The notes under the pieces are model-generated. The model was not told where the DNA came from. It did not search any database and worked only from the letters and a program-made list of their open reading frames with translations. The translations under genes were made by a program, and so were the position numbers. From Chloroflexota bacterium (GTDB lineage: Bacteria; Chloroflexota; UBA11872), in assembly GCA_965263175.1 (NCBI GenBank), contig OZ253587.1, positions 136,105-200,104 on the forward strand: 64,000 nt of DNA, written 5' to 3'. Positions 1 to 8,828 of the stretch are shown here, piece after piece; the first letter of the stretch is position 1, and every line of letters starts with the position of its first letter.

Positions 1-443
1 AAAGCAAGTACGTCCTCGTGCATCAAATCATTCGTCAGTATGTGATGGCTCGCATCCTTGTCGATCTGATTCACAGCGATAAGATCGTAGTTCCATTCGT
101 CGTCGGTAACGCAGGTAAGATTGCCAGCCTAAAGAGCACCGATCAAGTCAAGTTTATGCTCTCTAAAGGATGGATAAAGAAGCAGAACGTGCTGTCTTGG
201 AACGAAATTGATGAGCTTGCCAAGGCTGGGCCATCCCCTCATCGTCCCAGCCGACGTGACTCCAGAACTCGAACAGGTCACTGAGGCCACCCAGGGGCTC
301 CGGGCTGTGGTCACGCGACACCGCCACCGCCTGCGTTCCGTACCCGTCGAATCCGACCTGGCCGTCCTCAACCTCAACACCCCCGCCGACGTTGCCGCCG
401 CCGAACCCTCCAGCGGCCCCGCCCCATCGCCTAAACTGTCGGC

Positions 444-516
444 GGGCCCATAGCTCAGCTGGAAGAGCGCCTCAATGGCATTGAGGAGGTCGTCGGTTCG
501 AATCCGATTGGGTCCA
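444..516 (+). tRNA. tRNA-Ala (anticodon GGC)
   Basis: Cloverleaf read by eye. The acceptor stem GGGCCCA/TGGGTCC has the G3:U70 Ala identity pair. The anticodon stem CCTCA/TGAGG encloses the loop ATGGCAT, giving anticodon GGC. The T-arm has GGTTCGAATCC. The 3' end is followed by CCC, so CCA is not encoded. Confidence 0.85.
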
Positions 517-615
517 CCCCTTCTTCCAGCCCACGCCCCCTGTAGTCAGAACACGACCAGCTAGGACGCGCCTGGTAATGTCTCAATCTGCCCTGCGATT
601 TGCCAACAAAACTGT

Positions 616-635
616 TGCCAACAATCTTGTTGGCA
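616..635. promoter_or_regulatory. Perfect 8-bp inverted repeat TGCCAACA-ATCT-TGTTGGCA, with an extra direct half-site at 601-608, immediately upstream of the ATPase operon. Candidate operator.
   Basis: Seen in sequence: rc(TGCCAACA)=TGTTGGCA. It lies about 15 bp upstream of the ATG at 651. Confidence 0.4.
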
Positions 636-650
636 TGCTAGGGTCAGTCC

Positions 651-1910
651 ATGACCACCCAACTCATCAAGGCTGGCGCCAACTGGGTCGCTGGCGAACG
701 GTTCTTTGACCGCGAGGCGGAACTCCAGGATCTGAGAGAGCGGGTCCGGGACGGAACGCACACGCTCCTGACCGCACAACGGCGCATGGGCAAGACCAGC
801 CTGGTGCGCGAACTCCTGCGCCAGTTGGAAGGCGAAGGACACTTCGCCAGCGTTTTCGTAGACCTCGAAGCGGCAAACGACCCGGCCGACGCCGTGGCCG
901 AGATTGCGATTCAGGCTAGACCGGTCCAAGGCGCCTGGACCCGCATTCGGTCCGGGTTTGCTAATCAACTGCGCGATGTCCGCGATCACATCGAGGAAAT
1001 AGGACTTCTTGAGCTGAAGGTGAAGCTCCGCGCCGGCATCGACGCCGGGAACTGGCAGCACCGGGGAGATCAGGTCTTCGCGGCGCTGGCGTCAAGCGAG
1101 AAGCCAGTGGTGCTGGCCATCGACGAGCTCCCCATCCTCGTCAACCGTCTGCTGAAGGGTCCTGACTACCGCGTGACCCCCGAGCGGAAGGCCGCCGCGG
1201 ACCAGTTTCTCGCCTGGCTGAGAAAGAACGGACAAGACCATCGCAGTGCAGTGACTCTGATCATCTCAGGCAGCGTCAGCCTCGAACCGGTGCTTCGGCA
1301 AGCAGGTCTCAGCGCCCACGCCAACATCTATTCACCCCTGGAGTTGCATCCCTGGAGCCACGACACGTCCAGCCGCTGTCTGGCCGCCTTGGCCCGTACC
1401 TATCATCTGGACCTTTCGGAGGACGTGCGAACCGAGATTTGCCACCGCCTACGTTGTTGCGTTCCGCACCACGTGCAGCAGTTCTTCGACTACCTGCACC
1501 AGCATCTCCGCAGGAACGGCAGCAACACGGCGACCGTCGAAGATGTCGAACTGGTTTACAGACGTGAGTTGCTCAGCGTTCGAGGGCAGATCGACCTGGA
1601 GCACTACGAGGTGAGGCTCAGGCTGGTTCTCGGAGACGAGGGCTATGGGACCGCGCTCGAATTGCTAACCGAGGCGGCCGTGAACGACGGGCTGCTGACC
1701 CCACAGGCCCTTCGGCTTTACCGCGACGCGCTCGCGTCGTCAGACGCTGATGGCGGACTTCCAATTGAAGACGTGCTCTACGCGCTGGAACATGACGGGT
1801 ATTTGGAACGAAACACTGGCGGATACCGCTTCGTGTCCCGGCTGCTTCAGGACTGGTGGCTCGCCCGTCACGGTCAGTTCTTCACCCCCATCGAGGATCG
1901 CGACATATAG
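651..1910 (+). CDS. AAA+ ATPase, COG1672/Arch_ATPase-like (STAND-type NTPase)
   Basis: Walker A RRMGKTSLVREL, Walker B-like VVLAIDELP, about 419 aa. Architecture is typical of PF01637-like predicted ATPases. Confidence 0.6.
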   Translation: MTTQLIKAGANWVAGERFFDREAELQDLRERVRDGTHTLLTAQRRMGKTSLVRELLRQLEGEGHFASVFVDLEAANDPADAVAEIAIQARPVQGAWTRIRSGFANQLRDVRDHIEEIGLLELKVKLRAGIDAGNWQHRGDQVFAALASSEKPVVLAIDELPILVNRLLKGPDYRVTPERKAAADQFLAWLRKNGQDHRSAVTLIISGSVSLEPVLRQAGLSAHANIYSPLELHPWSHDTSSRCLAALARTYHLDLSEDVRTEICHRLRCCVPHHVQQFFDYLHQHLRRNGSNTATVEDVELVYRRELLSVRGQIDLEHYEVRLRLVLGDEGYGTALELLTEAAVNDGLLTPQALRLYRDALASSDADGGLPIEDVLYALEHDGYLERNTGGYRFVSRLLQDWWLARHGQFFTPIEDRDI

Positions 1911-1924
1911 AAGGTAAGGCTGCA

Positions 1925-4030
1925 ATGGCGGTAGCAGTTAAGAAATACAATCCCGGCTTCCTCAGCGACGACGACATCGTAGCTTCGTTCTGCGTCCGAT
2001 CCGCGGAGTTCGAGTCGCTCATCGAGTCCCTGCGCGAGTGCGACGCTAGCTCCAGCCCTCACTCGCTCGTCATTGGACCCCGCGGCAGCGGCAAGACGCA
2101 CTTGCTGCTTCGCGTGGCGGCCGAAGTGCGTCGGGACCCTGTCCTTGATGGTCTCTTTCCGATCGTATTTGCCGAGGAAAGCTACGAGGTCACGACGTGC
2201 GGTGAATTTTGGTTGGAGTGCCTGGGTCGCCTGTTCGGACAGGCGCCCAGCGAGGAGCGCGACAACCTGCGCCTGACCTACGACGAGCTCCGAACCGTTA
2301 CCGACGATCAAGTCTTGGCTGACCGCTGCATCGGCTCGCTGCTCGACTTTGCGGATCGTCACCAGACTCGACTGCTACTGCTGGTCGAAAACCTGAACAT
2401 GCTTTTGGCCGACATCGACGATCGCGAGGTCGGCTGGCGGCTGCGACAGACCCTGCAGACCGAGCCCCGAATCATCCTGTTTGGTACCGCCACCAGCCGA
2501 TTCGAAGAAATCGACAACCCTGAGCACGCCCTCTACGACCTCTTTCGGGTCATCAGTCTACGTTCACTCGACACCGACGAATGCAAGACTCTCTGGCAAA
2601 CCGTTGCTGGGAAGCCCTCCACCGGCGAAGCGGTTCGCCCACTCGAGATCCTCACCGGTGGCAACCCGCGTCTTCTCACCATCATCGCCCGCTTCGGCGC
2701 GGGCAGGTCGTTCCGCGACCTGATGGAGAACCTGCTCGACCTGGTCGACGAGCACACCGAGTACTTCAAAAGCCACCTCGAATCCCTCCCGCCCCAGGAA
2801 CGCCGTGTCTATCTCGCGCTGGCACGCCTCTGGAAGCCCTCCACCACCAGGGAAGTCGCCGACCTCGCGCGCCTCAACACCAACGCATGCAGTGCCCTTC
2901 TCCGGCGCCTCGTCCAGCGCAGCACGGTCGCCATCGAGGGCGGTACGCCCCGCCGTCAGCTGTATTACCTCACCGAGCGCCTCTACAACATCTACTACTT
3001 GTTACGTCGAGGCAAAGGCACTGACCGACTCGTTCAGGCGTTGATTGACTTTATGATATGCCTGTACTCGCCATCTGAGATAGCGGATGTCATCGAGAGT
3101 ACTATCGAGGACTCCTATCGCTTAAATGTTCTCCCACAGATTGTCGGAGCACAGATGGCCGGTGCACTGCTGAACAAGGCGCACTCCCTGCAAGGGATGG
3201 GTAAGAATGACGATGCTATCGCTCTCTATGACCAAGTGATTCAGCGGTTCGGCCCTGACCATGGCCCTGGCAATGAATTGCAGGTAGGTGCCGCATTGAC
3301 GAGCAAATCATCGCTGCTCATTCAGCTTGGTCGGGGACACGAGGCTATCGTTACTTGCGAAGAAGTCATGGGCCAATACAGAACGGGAAAGGTAGAATTC
3401 TCTGCAGTACTATCGGCGTATGCGCTTTGGGTTAAAGGCATAGCGATAGACGCGGTTGGCGATCCTCCAAAGGCTCTTGATACATTCAATCACGCCCTAG
3501 CGTATATTGACACCCTTGAAGCGCCGGTTCCTGACTTCATTATAGCTGGCATTCTACATTGCAAGGGATTAGTGTTTGTTCGGCTTAATCAGCTTGACAA
3601 AGCGCTTGCTGCATTCGACGAGGTCCTAACGCAATATGGCATGGCGTCGGAACTTCAGCAAACCGGAACAACAGCAATGGTCCTCATAAGTAAGGCTCTC
3701 GTATTGGATCAATTCGATCGCACCATTAGCCTCACCGAATTATCCTTTTTACTGAAGAGTCTGGCTGAGCACGGCAGCGTTCGTCCCGGCAGCACCGAGG
3801 CGCTGCTTCCCTTCGTTGCCGCCGTCGAACCGGCCAATGCCCTCGACCTCCTTCAGGCCTCGCCGGCGGCTCACCTTCTACTGCCCCTGATAACCGCCCT
3901 GCAGCAGGAACTGGGACAGAATCCGCAGGTCGCCAAAGAGGTCGCCGAAGTCGCCAGCGACGTGCGGACCAAACTGGCCGAAGCCAGAGTCAGACATGCG
4001 CATGCCCGGGCCCAACTCCACGCATCTTGA
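1925..4030 (+). CDS. AAA+/STAND-like ATPase with C-terminal TPR-like repeat region
   Basis: Walker A GPRGSGKTHLLL. A GGTAAGG Shine-Dalgarno sequence lies before the ATG at 1925. The C-terminal half is helical and repeat-rich. Positions 3040-3780 are about 50% GC, against about 68% for the flanks. Confidence 0.55.
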   Translation: MAVAVKKYNPGFLSDDDIVASFCVRSAEFESLIESLRECDASSSPHSLVIGPRGSGKTHLLLRVAAEVRRDPVLDGLFPIVFAEESYEVTTCGEFWLECLGRLFGQAPSEERDNLRLTYDELRTVTDDQVLADRCIGSLLDFADRHQTRLLLLVENLNMLLADIDDREVGWRLRQTLQTEPRIILFGTATSRFEEIDNPEHALYDLFRVISLRSLDTDECKTLWQTVAGKPSTGEAVRPLEILTGGNPRLLTIIARFGAGRSFRDLMENLLDLVDEHTEYFKSHLESLPPQERRVYLALARLWKPSTTREVADLARLNTNACSALLRRLVQRSTVAIEGGTPRRQLYYLTERLYNIYYLLRRGKGTDRLVQALIDFMICLYSPSEIADVIESTIEDSYRLNVLPQIVGAQMAGALLNKAHSLQGMGKNDDAIALYDQVIQRFGPDHGPGNELQVGAALTSKSSLLIQLGRGHEAIVTCEEVMGQYRTGKVEFSAVLSAYALWVKGIAIDAVGDPPKALDTFNHALAYIDTLEAPVPDFIIAGILHCKGLVFVRLNQLDKALAAFDEVLTQYGMASELQQTGTTAMVLISKALVLDQFDRTISLTELSFLLKSLAEHGSVRPGSTEALLPFVAAVEPANALDLLQASPAAHLLLPLITALQQELGQNPQVAKEVAEVASDVRTKLAEARVRHAHARAQLHAS

Positions 4031-4102
4031 AGCAAGCCGAGTCTTCGCGGGCCGGGCGCTCACGTCCCTAACCCCGCGCAGCGTCAGGCCGAGAGCCTCA
4101 CC

Positions 4103-4426
4103 CTACTGCAGCGGCGAGAACGCCGTTGGCGTCATGTAGCTGTTGAGCACGCGGGCCACGATTTGGCCGCTGGACTCGGTTTCGGCTTTCACGCGTTGCC
4201 ATTCCGGGTCCGACTGGAACGCCGTCCACTTGGCCTCGCGGTCGGCCTGGCTGGCGAAGCGGGTGATGTAGACCAGGCGGTCGCTGCGGCCCACCACCTC
4301 CTGCCAGAACCCCACCACCTCGATGTCCAGGCGCTCGAAGATCCGCATCGTGTGCTGGGAGAAACGGGCCATGATGGCGTCCATCCGGCCGGGCAGGATT
4401 TCGTAGACACGGAGTTCGTAGAGCAT
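4103..4426 (-). CDS. NIPSNAP family protein
   Basis: MLYELRVYEILPGRMDAIMARF...YITRFASQADREAKWTAFQSDPEWQ matches the NIPSNAP/Dabb-like fold signature. Start set at the MLYEL Met. Confidence 0.55.
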   Translation of the reverse strand: MLYELRVYEILPGRMDAIMARFSQHTMRIFERLDIEVVGFWQEVVGRSDRLVYITRFASQADREAKWTAFQSDPEWQRVKAETESSGQIVARVLNSYMTPTAFSPLQ

Positions 4427-4539
4427 CGGGGCGGTCTCTCGGCTGGCACTGCGCGCCGCAGCATGCCCCACCGGCCCGTTGCTTGCGTACTATGGCCGCC
4501 CGGCACTTCAGCCGAGTCGTATAAAGGGGCGGGGTCGCG

Positions 4540-4977
4540 GTGTACGCCATCGTCATCGGCTGCGGGCGCGCGGGCGCCGAGATCGCCAGCCGCATGTGCG
4601 AGCAGGGCCACTCCGTGGTCGTGATCGACCGCGACCGCGCGGCGTTCCGCCGGTTGTCCGAGGGCTTTAGCGGCACGACCCTGCTGGGCCAAGCCATCGA
4701 CGAGGACTGCCTGATCTCCGCCGGCATCGAGCGCGCCGACGCCGTCATCGCCACGACCTACGGCGACAACTCCAATCTCATTGCCGTGCAGCTGGCCCGT
4801 AAGCGCTTCAACGTCGAGCGCGCCATCGCCCGCGTCAAGGACCCCGTACGGGCCGCCGTCTTCGCCGAACTCGGCTTTGAGACGATCCCCTCCACCACCA
4901 TCGTGGGCAGCGCCTTCGAACAAGCCCTCGGCTGGGATCCGCCCGAGCCGAACGGCTTCGAGGGCAACGGGAGCTAG
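4540..4977 (+). CDS. TrkA-N (NAD-binding) domain protein, potassium transport
   Basis: MYAIVIGCGRAGAEIASRM...VVVIDRD is a Rossmann GxGxxG TrkA-N motif. GTG start. Confidence 0.6.
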   Translation: MYAIVIGCGRAGAEIASRMCEQGHSVVVIDRDRAAFRRLSEGFSGTTLLGQAIDEDCLISAGIERADAVIATTYGDNSNLIAVQLARKRFNVERAIARVKDPVRAAVFAELGFETIPSTTIVGSAFEQALGWDPPEPNGFEGNGS

Positions 4978-4983
4978 CGGCTC

Positions 4984-5658
4984 GTGTTCGTCATCATCGC
5001 CGGCGGCGGCAAGGTTGGCGGCCAGCTGGCCCGCGACCTGCTGGCCGGGCGCCACGAGGTCGTCGTCATGGAGAGCAACCCCCTGAAGGCCCGGGCCCTG
5101 CAGGACGAGATTGGCGACGCCGTCGTTCCGCACGACGCGTCCGAGGGCCGCTGGCTGATCGACGCGGGTATCGCTCGGGCCGACCTGCTGATTGCGGTCA
5201 CCGGCGACGACGAGGACAACATCGTCATCTGTCAGCTGGGCGCGGCCCTTTCGGACGGTCGGGCCCGCACCATCACCCGCATCAACAACCCCAGGAACAG
5301 CGACACTTTCCGCACGCTTGGGATCGAGGCCATCGTCAACGCCACCGACCTGGTGATGACCATGATCGAGCGCGACGTCAGCGTGGCCCCGGTCGTCCAC
5401 CTCATGCGACTGCGCAGCGCCGGCCTGGAACTGGTGGAAATGACCGTGGCGGAAGGATCCGCGGCGGACGGATCGACCCCCGAGGAACTCGGCTTGCCTG
5501 AACAGGGCGGCCGGATCAGCGTCATTCTGCGCGACGGCACCGCCGTGCTACCCGCGCCGACCACCCGCCTGCAAGTCGGCGACTCCGTAGTCCTGGTCGC
5601 CCAAACCGAGTTCGAGGAAGCCCTCGGCCGCCAGTTCGCGGCCCCCACCATCGTCTAG
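4984..5658 (+). CDS. trkA: Trk system potassium uptake protein TrkA (TrkA-N + TrkA-C)
   Basis: VIIAGGGKVGGQLARDL...VVVME, plus a C-terminal RCK_C-like region (LVEMTVAEGSAADGSTPEELGL). Confidence 0.65.
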   Translation: MFVIIAGGGKVGGQLARDLLAGRHEVVVMESNPLKARALQDEIGDAVVPHDASEGRWLIDAGIARADLLIAVTGDDEDNIVICQLGAALSDGRARTITRINNPRNSDTFRTLGIEAIVNATDLVMTMIERDVSVAPVVHLMRLRSAGLELVEMTVAEGSAADGSTPEELGLPEQGGRISVILRDGTAVLPAPTTRLQVGDSVVLVAQTEFEEALGRQFAAPTIV

Positions 5659-5761
5659 TCGCGCCGCATCGAGGCGGTCCGCCAACCGTCACCAGCCCCG
5701 CAACGCCTATTCAGGCGTCCTTCGCCGCAACAGCCCCGAGTTACCCACGGAGCGTCCGCTG

Positions 5762-6976
5762 CTACAGCCGGTAGGCAATCTCTCCGTGCTCGGCCGTATC
5801 CAGGCCCGCCGCCTCGTCGTCGCCCGAGACTCGCAGCCCGACTGTCAACTTGAGCGCCCAGAGAATCACCGTCGTCATCACAAACGCCCAGGCCCAGGTG
5901 GCCAGGATCGACACGATCTGGATACCGACCTGCTCCAGGCGCGAGGCGTCCGTGAACGCCGCGATTCCGCCGAAGCCCACCCCCACGAACAGACCGGTCG
6001 CTAGCGCGCCCCAGGTGCCGCCGACGCCGTGCACGCCCCAGACCGACAACGAGTCGTCCAGCTTGAGCTTCTTGAGCAACTCCGCCGCCAGGTAGCAGAA
6101 GATTCCGGCCAGCAAGCCAATGATGAGCGCCGGCATCGGACCCACAAAGCCCGCCGCCGGGGTCACGGCAACCAGGCCTGCGACCGCCCCGGACGCCGCC
6201 CCGATCACCGACGGCCGGCGTTCAACCGCCCAGGCGGCGGCCGTCCAGCCCAGAATCCCCGCCGCGGCCCCGGTATTGGTCACCACGAACGCGTTGACCG
6301 CGCTGGCGTCCACGGCCAGCGCCGAGCCGGCGTTGAAGCCGAACCAGCCAAACCACAACAGGCCCGCCCCCAACACCACCATCGGGATGTTGTGCGGCTC
6401 CATCGGGTCCGATCCAAAGCCGAGACGCCGGCCAAAAATAACGGCCGCGGCCAGCGCCGCCACGCCGGTGTTGATGTGCACCACGTTGCCGCCGGCGAAA
6501 TCGAGCGCGCCCATCGCGTCCATCCAGCCGCCGCCCCACACCCAGTGCGCCACCGGGGCGTACACCAACGTGACCCACAGCACCGTGAACAGCACGTAGG
6601 CCTTGAACTTCATCCGCTCGGCGAACGCGCCCGTAATCAGCGCCGGCGCGATCACCGCGAACATCCCCTGGAAAATCATGAATGTCTGATGCGGAATATT
6701 GTCGGCGAAGGGGCCGGGCGCCGTGGCGCTCACGTTGTTGAGGCCCAGATACTCCAGGCTGCCGATGAACCGCCCCACATCGGGGCCAAACGCCAGGGTA
6801 TAGCCCCACAACACCCACACGATCCCGACGATGCCCATGCTCATGAAGCTGTGCATCACGGTGGCTGCCGCGTTCTTACTGCGTGCCAGCCCTCCGTAGA
6901 ACAGTGCCAGGCCCGGCGTCATCAACAGCACCAGCGCGGAGCAGACGAGCATCCACGCCATGTCCGCCTGATTCAT
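5762..6976 (-). CDS. amt: ammonium transporter (Amt family)
   Basis: MNQADMAWMLVCSALVLLMTPGLALFYGG... has multiple TM segments. The C-terminus DTAEHGEIAYRL is typical of Amt. A GGAGG RBS lies upstream of the ATG at 6976. Confidence 0.8.
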   Translation of the reverse strand: MNQADMAWMLVCSALVLLMTPGLALFYGGLARSKNAAATVMHSFMSMGIVGIVWVLWGYTLAFGPDVGRFIGSLEYLGLNNVSATAPGPFADNIPHQTFMIFQGMFAVIAPALITGAFAERMKFKAYVLFTVLWVTLVYAPVAHWVWGGGWMDAMGALDFAGGNVVHINTGVAALAAAVIFGRRLGFGSDPMEPHNIPMVVLGAGLLWFGWFGFNAGSALAVDASAVNAFVVTNTGAAAGILGWTAAAWAVERRPSVIGAASGAVAGLVAVTPAAGFVGPMPALIIGLLAGIFCYLAAELLKKLKLDDSLSVWGVHGVGGTWGALATGLFVGVGFGGIAAFTDASRLEQVGIQIVSILATWAWAFVMTTVILWALKLTVGLRVSGDDEAAGLDTAEHGEIAYRL

Positions 6977-7311
6977 CGTCGGCAGCCTCCGACGCCCGCC
7001 CGGTCGGCGCGAGCACTCCAGCGGTTGAATGACCGGTGGCCGTGGGCCCTGGTTCCTGCCTCGGGCAAGGTGTGCGTCGTTGCACTGGATGCTGCCGTCC
7101 TTGCGTCGGCGGCCACGGTCCCTCGCTCGGCTATCGAGGAGATTGCCGCCACCGCCGGTCACCCGATCACCTCGCGGCGCCTGGAGCAAATTGACCCGTG
7201 ACCCAGCCGACCGTCAGCCTCCAGCACGTGTTGCCGGGCGCCGCTCTGGGCAGTGGGTCATTTTGATCGCATCCCTCTCCACGAAGCGAGCTGTCATCTT
7301 TTCCCTCTCAT

Positions 7312-7434
7312 GAGACCTTTGCACAACGCCCTTCGTCCGCGAAGGTGCGGCCCGCTCTTGCTCCCTCTCCCTGTGGGAGAGGGTTGGGGTGAGGGTCTTC
7401 CGGGCAACAGTCCCCCGGATTACGCAAAGGTCTC
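7312..7434. mobile_element. MITE-like element, full copy, about 123 bp, with TIRs GAGACCTTTGC...GCAAAGGTCTC
   Basis: Terminal inverted repeats plus an internal perfect 9-bp hairpin, CCCTCTCCC-TGT-GGGAGAGGG. The same family recurs at least six more times in the window. Confidence 0.75.
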
Positions 7435-7556
7435 TCCTGGGGGAGAGGGTTAGAGCCTGCCCCGGACGCGATCCGGGGGTGAGGGGTCTTCGCGGCTCAC
7501 AACTCAAAGTGACCCACTACCCCGCTCTGGGCATCGAGGCCTCAGACCGCGCAGAT

Positions 7557-8363
7557 TCAAGGGCGGCCGCCTGCGGATCCGCTGTCGGTCGCGCCCGCTC
7601 GGCTACTCCCCGGACCGGCCCCGGCGGAGGGCGGTTCGGTGGCTTCCACCGCCTCGCCGTCCGGCACCGGAGCGGCGCCTTCCTCTAGCAGGATCTCTTC
7701 CAGCTCGTCCTCGGGCGTCTCCTCTTCGACCTGCCGCGCCGCCGTTACCTGGACCACGGGCTCGTCCGGGTCGGTCAGCGGCTCATACGCGCCGTCCGCC
7801 GCCCGCAGATCGCGGACCTTTACCTCGTCGCCCACCTCCTCCAGGCCCGACACGTCGGCGATCAGACTGGAGGGGATCTCGATTGGCAGGGCCGTGACTT
7901 CGACCTCTTGCAGAATCTGAATCACCACCACCTCCGCGTCGTCGCTGGCCGGCGCGTGCCCCGTCAGCGATACGCGCACCATCAGCTCAATCGGCTTGCT
8001 GATATCGATCTTGCGCAACGTGACGTGCACCAGGCGGTTCGTCAGCGTGTCGATATCCACCGCATCCATCAGCACCGGCTCGGTGGCGTCCGGCGACTCC
8101 AGGTCCACCAGCTGGCCGGTCGTCTGGGCACGCACCAGGTCCGCCAGCGCCCGCTCGGACACCTGCATGGCAATGGAAGGGCGGCCGGCTTGCACCAGAT
8201 TGGCCGGGATCAGACCTTCCCGCCGCAGGCGTCGGACCTTCTTTCCCAGGACGGTGCGGGGTTCCGCCGCCAGGCGTTGACGTTCGGGCACGGCTCGCTG
8301 CTCCTCGGTTCGGGTGGCGGCGCGACCTTGTGACGGAGACGCTGGGTCGGCGCGGAAAAACAC
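7557..8363 (-). CDS. rplY: 50S ribosomal protein bL25 / general stress protein Ctc, with acidic C-terminal extension
   Basis: GKKVRRLRREGLIPANLVQ motif of the L25/Ctc family. The ORF begins with GTG at 8363, and the true start may lie further downstream. Confidence 0.6.
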   Translation of the reverse strand: MFFRADPASPSQGRAATRTEEQRAVPERQRLAAEPRTVLGKKVRRLRREGLIPANLVQAGRPSIAMQVSERALADLVRAQTTGQLVDLESPDATEPVLMDAVDIDTLTNRLVHVTLRKIDISKPIELMVRVSLTGHAPASDDAEVVVIQILQEVEVTALPIEIPSSLIADVSGLEEVGDEVKVRDLRAADGAYEPLTDPDEPVVQVTAARQVEEETPEDELEEILLEEGAAPVPDGEAVEATEPPSAGAGPGSSRAGATDSGSAGGRP

Positions 8364-8499
8364 GCGGCGCCGCTACCCGATGAGTCTAGAGAGACGCCGC
8401 ACCGCGCGTCAACGCTTCTCGCACAATCGCAACGGCGGTCCGCGATTGTGGACAATGGGCCGCTGGCGCTTCGATGGCGCATGTTTCCCGCAAGGAGTT

Positions 8500-8715
8500 G
8501 TGAACGATTTGGCTTCCCGACGACGCGTATCGCTGAGTGACCTCTATTCGGACGCCTGCCGGCGAATGGACATCACGCCGGAGGAAGCGCTGGGCTGCGA
8601 ACGACAGCCCGACCGCCTGCGGCTGATGATCACGCAAGACCGCTGGGTGGACTTTGAGCTGGTGGACGACCCGGAAAACGACCGCCTGGTTCTGGGCTCC
8701 ACGCTCGAGTCCTGA
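8500..8715 (+). CDS. small hypothetical protein (71 aa)
   Basis: Strong AAGGAG Shine-Dalgarno sequence 5 nt upstream of an in-frame GTG, and codon position 3 is GC-rich. No recognised family. Confidence 0.35.
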   Translation: MNDLASRRRVSLSDLYSDACRRMDITPEEALGCERQPDRLRLMITQDRWVDFELVDDPENDRLVLGSTLES

Positions 8716-8828
8716 GGCCGGTCGCCCTGGCTCTTGCGGCGCGTGGCTGCTGGCACTAGGGCACCCACACCGCAACCGCGCAGCCTCAGCGGCCAGGGCC
8801 GGGCGCTGAGGCGCCGCCACTCATGGCC

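Noticed and set aside
4189-5400. 403-aa minus-strand ORF overlapping NIPSNAP and both trkA genes
   Set aside because: Gly/Asp/Ala-rich low-complexity translation antisense to clearly recognisable TrkA domains. Typical high-GC shadow ORF.
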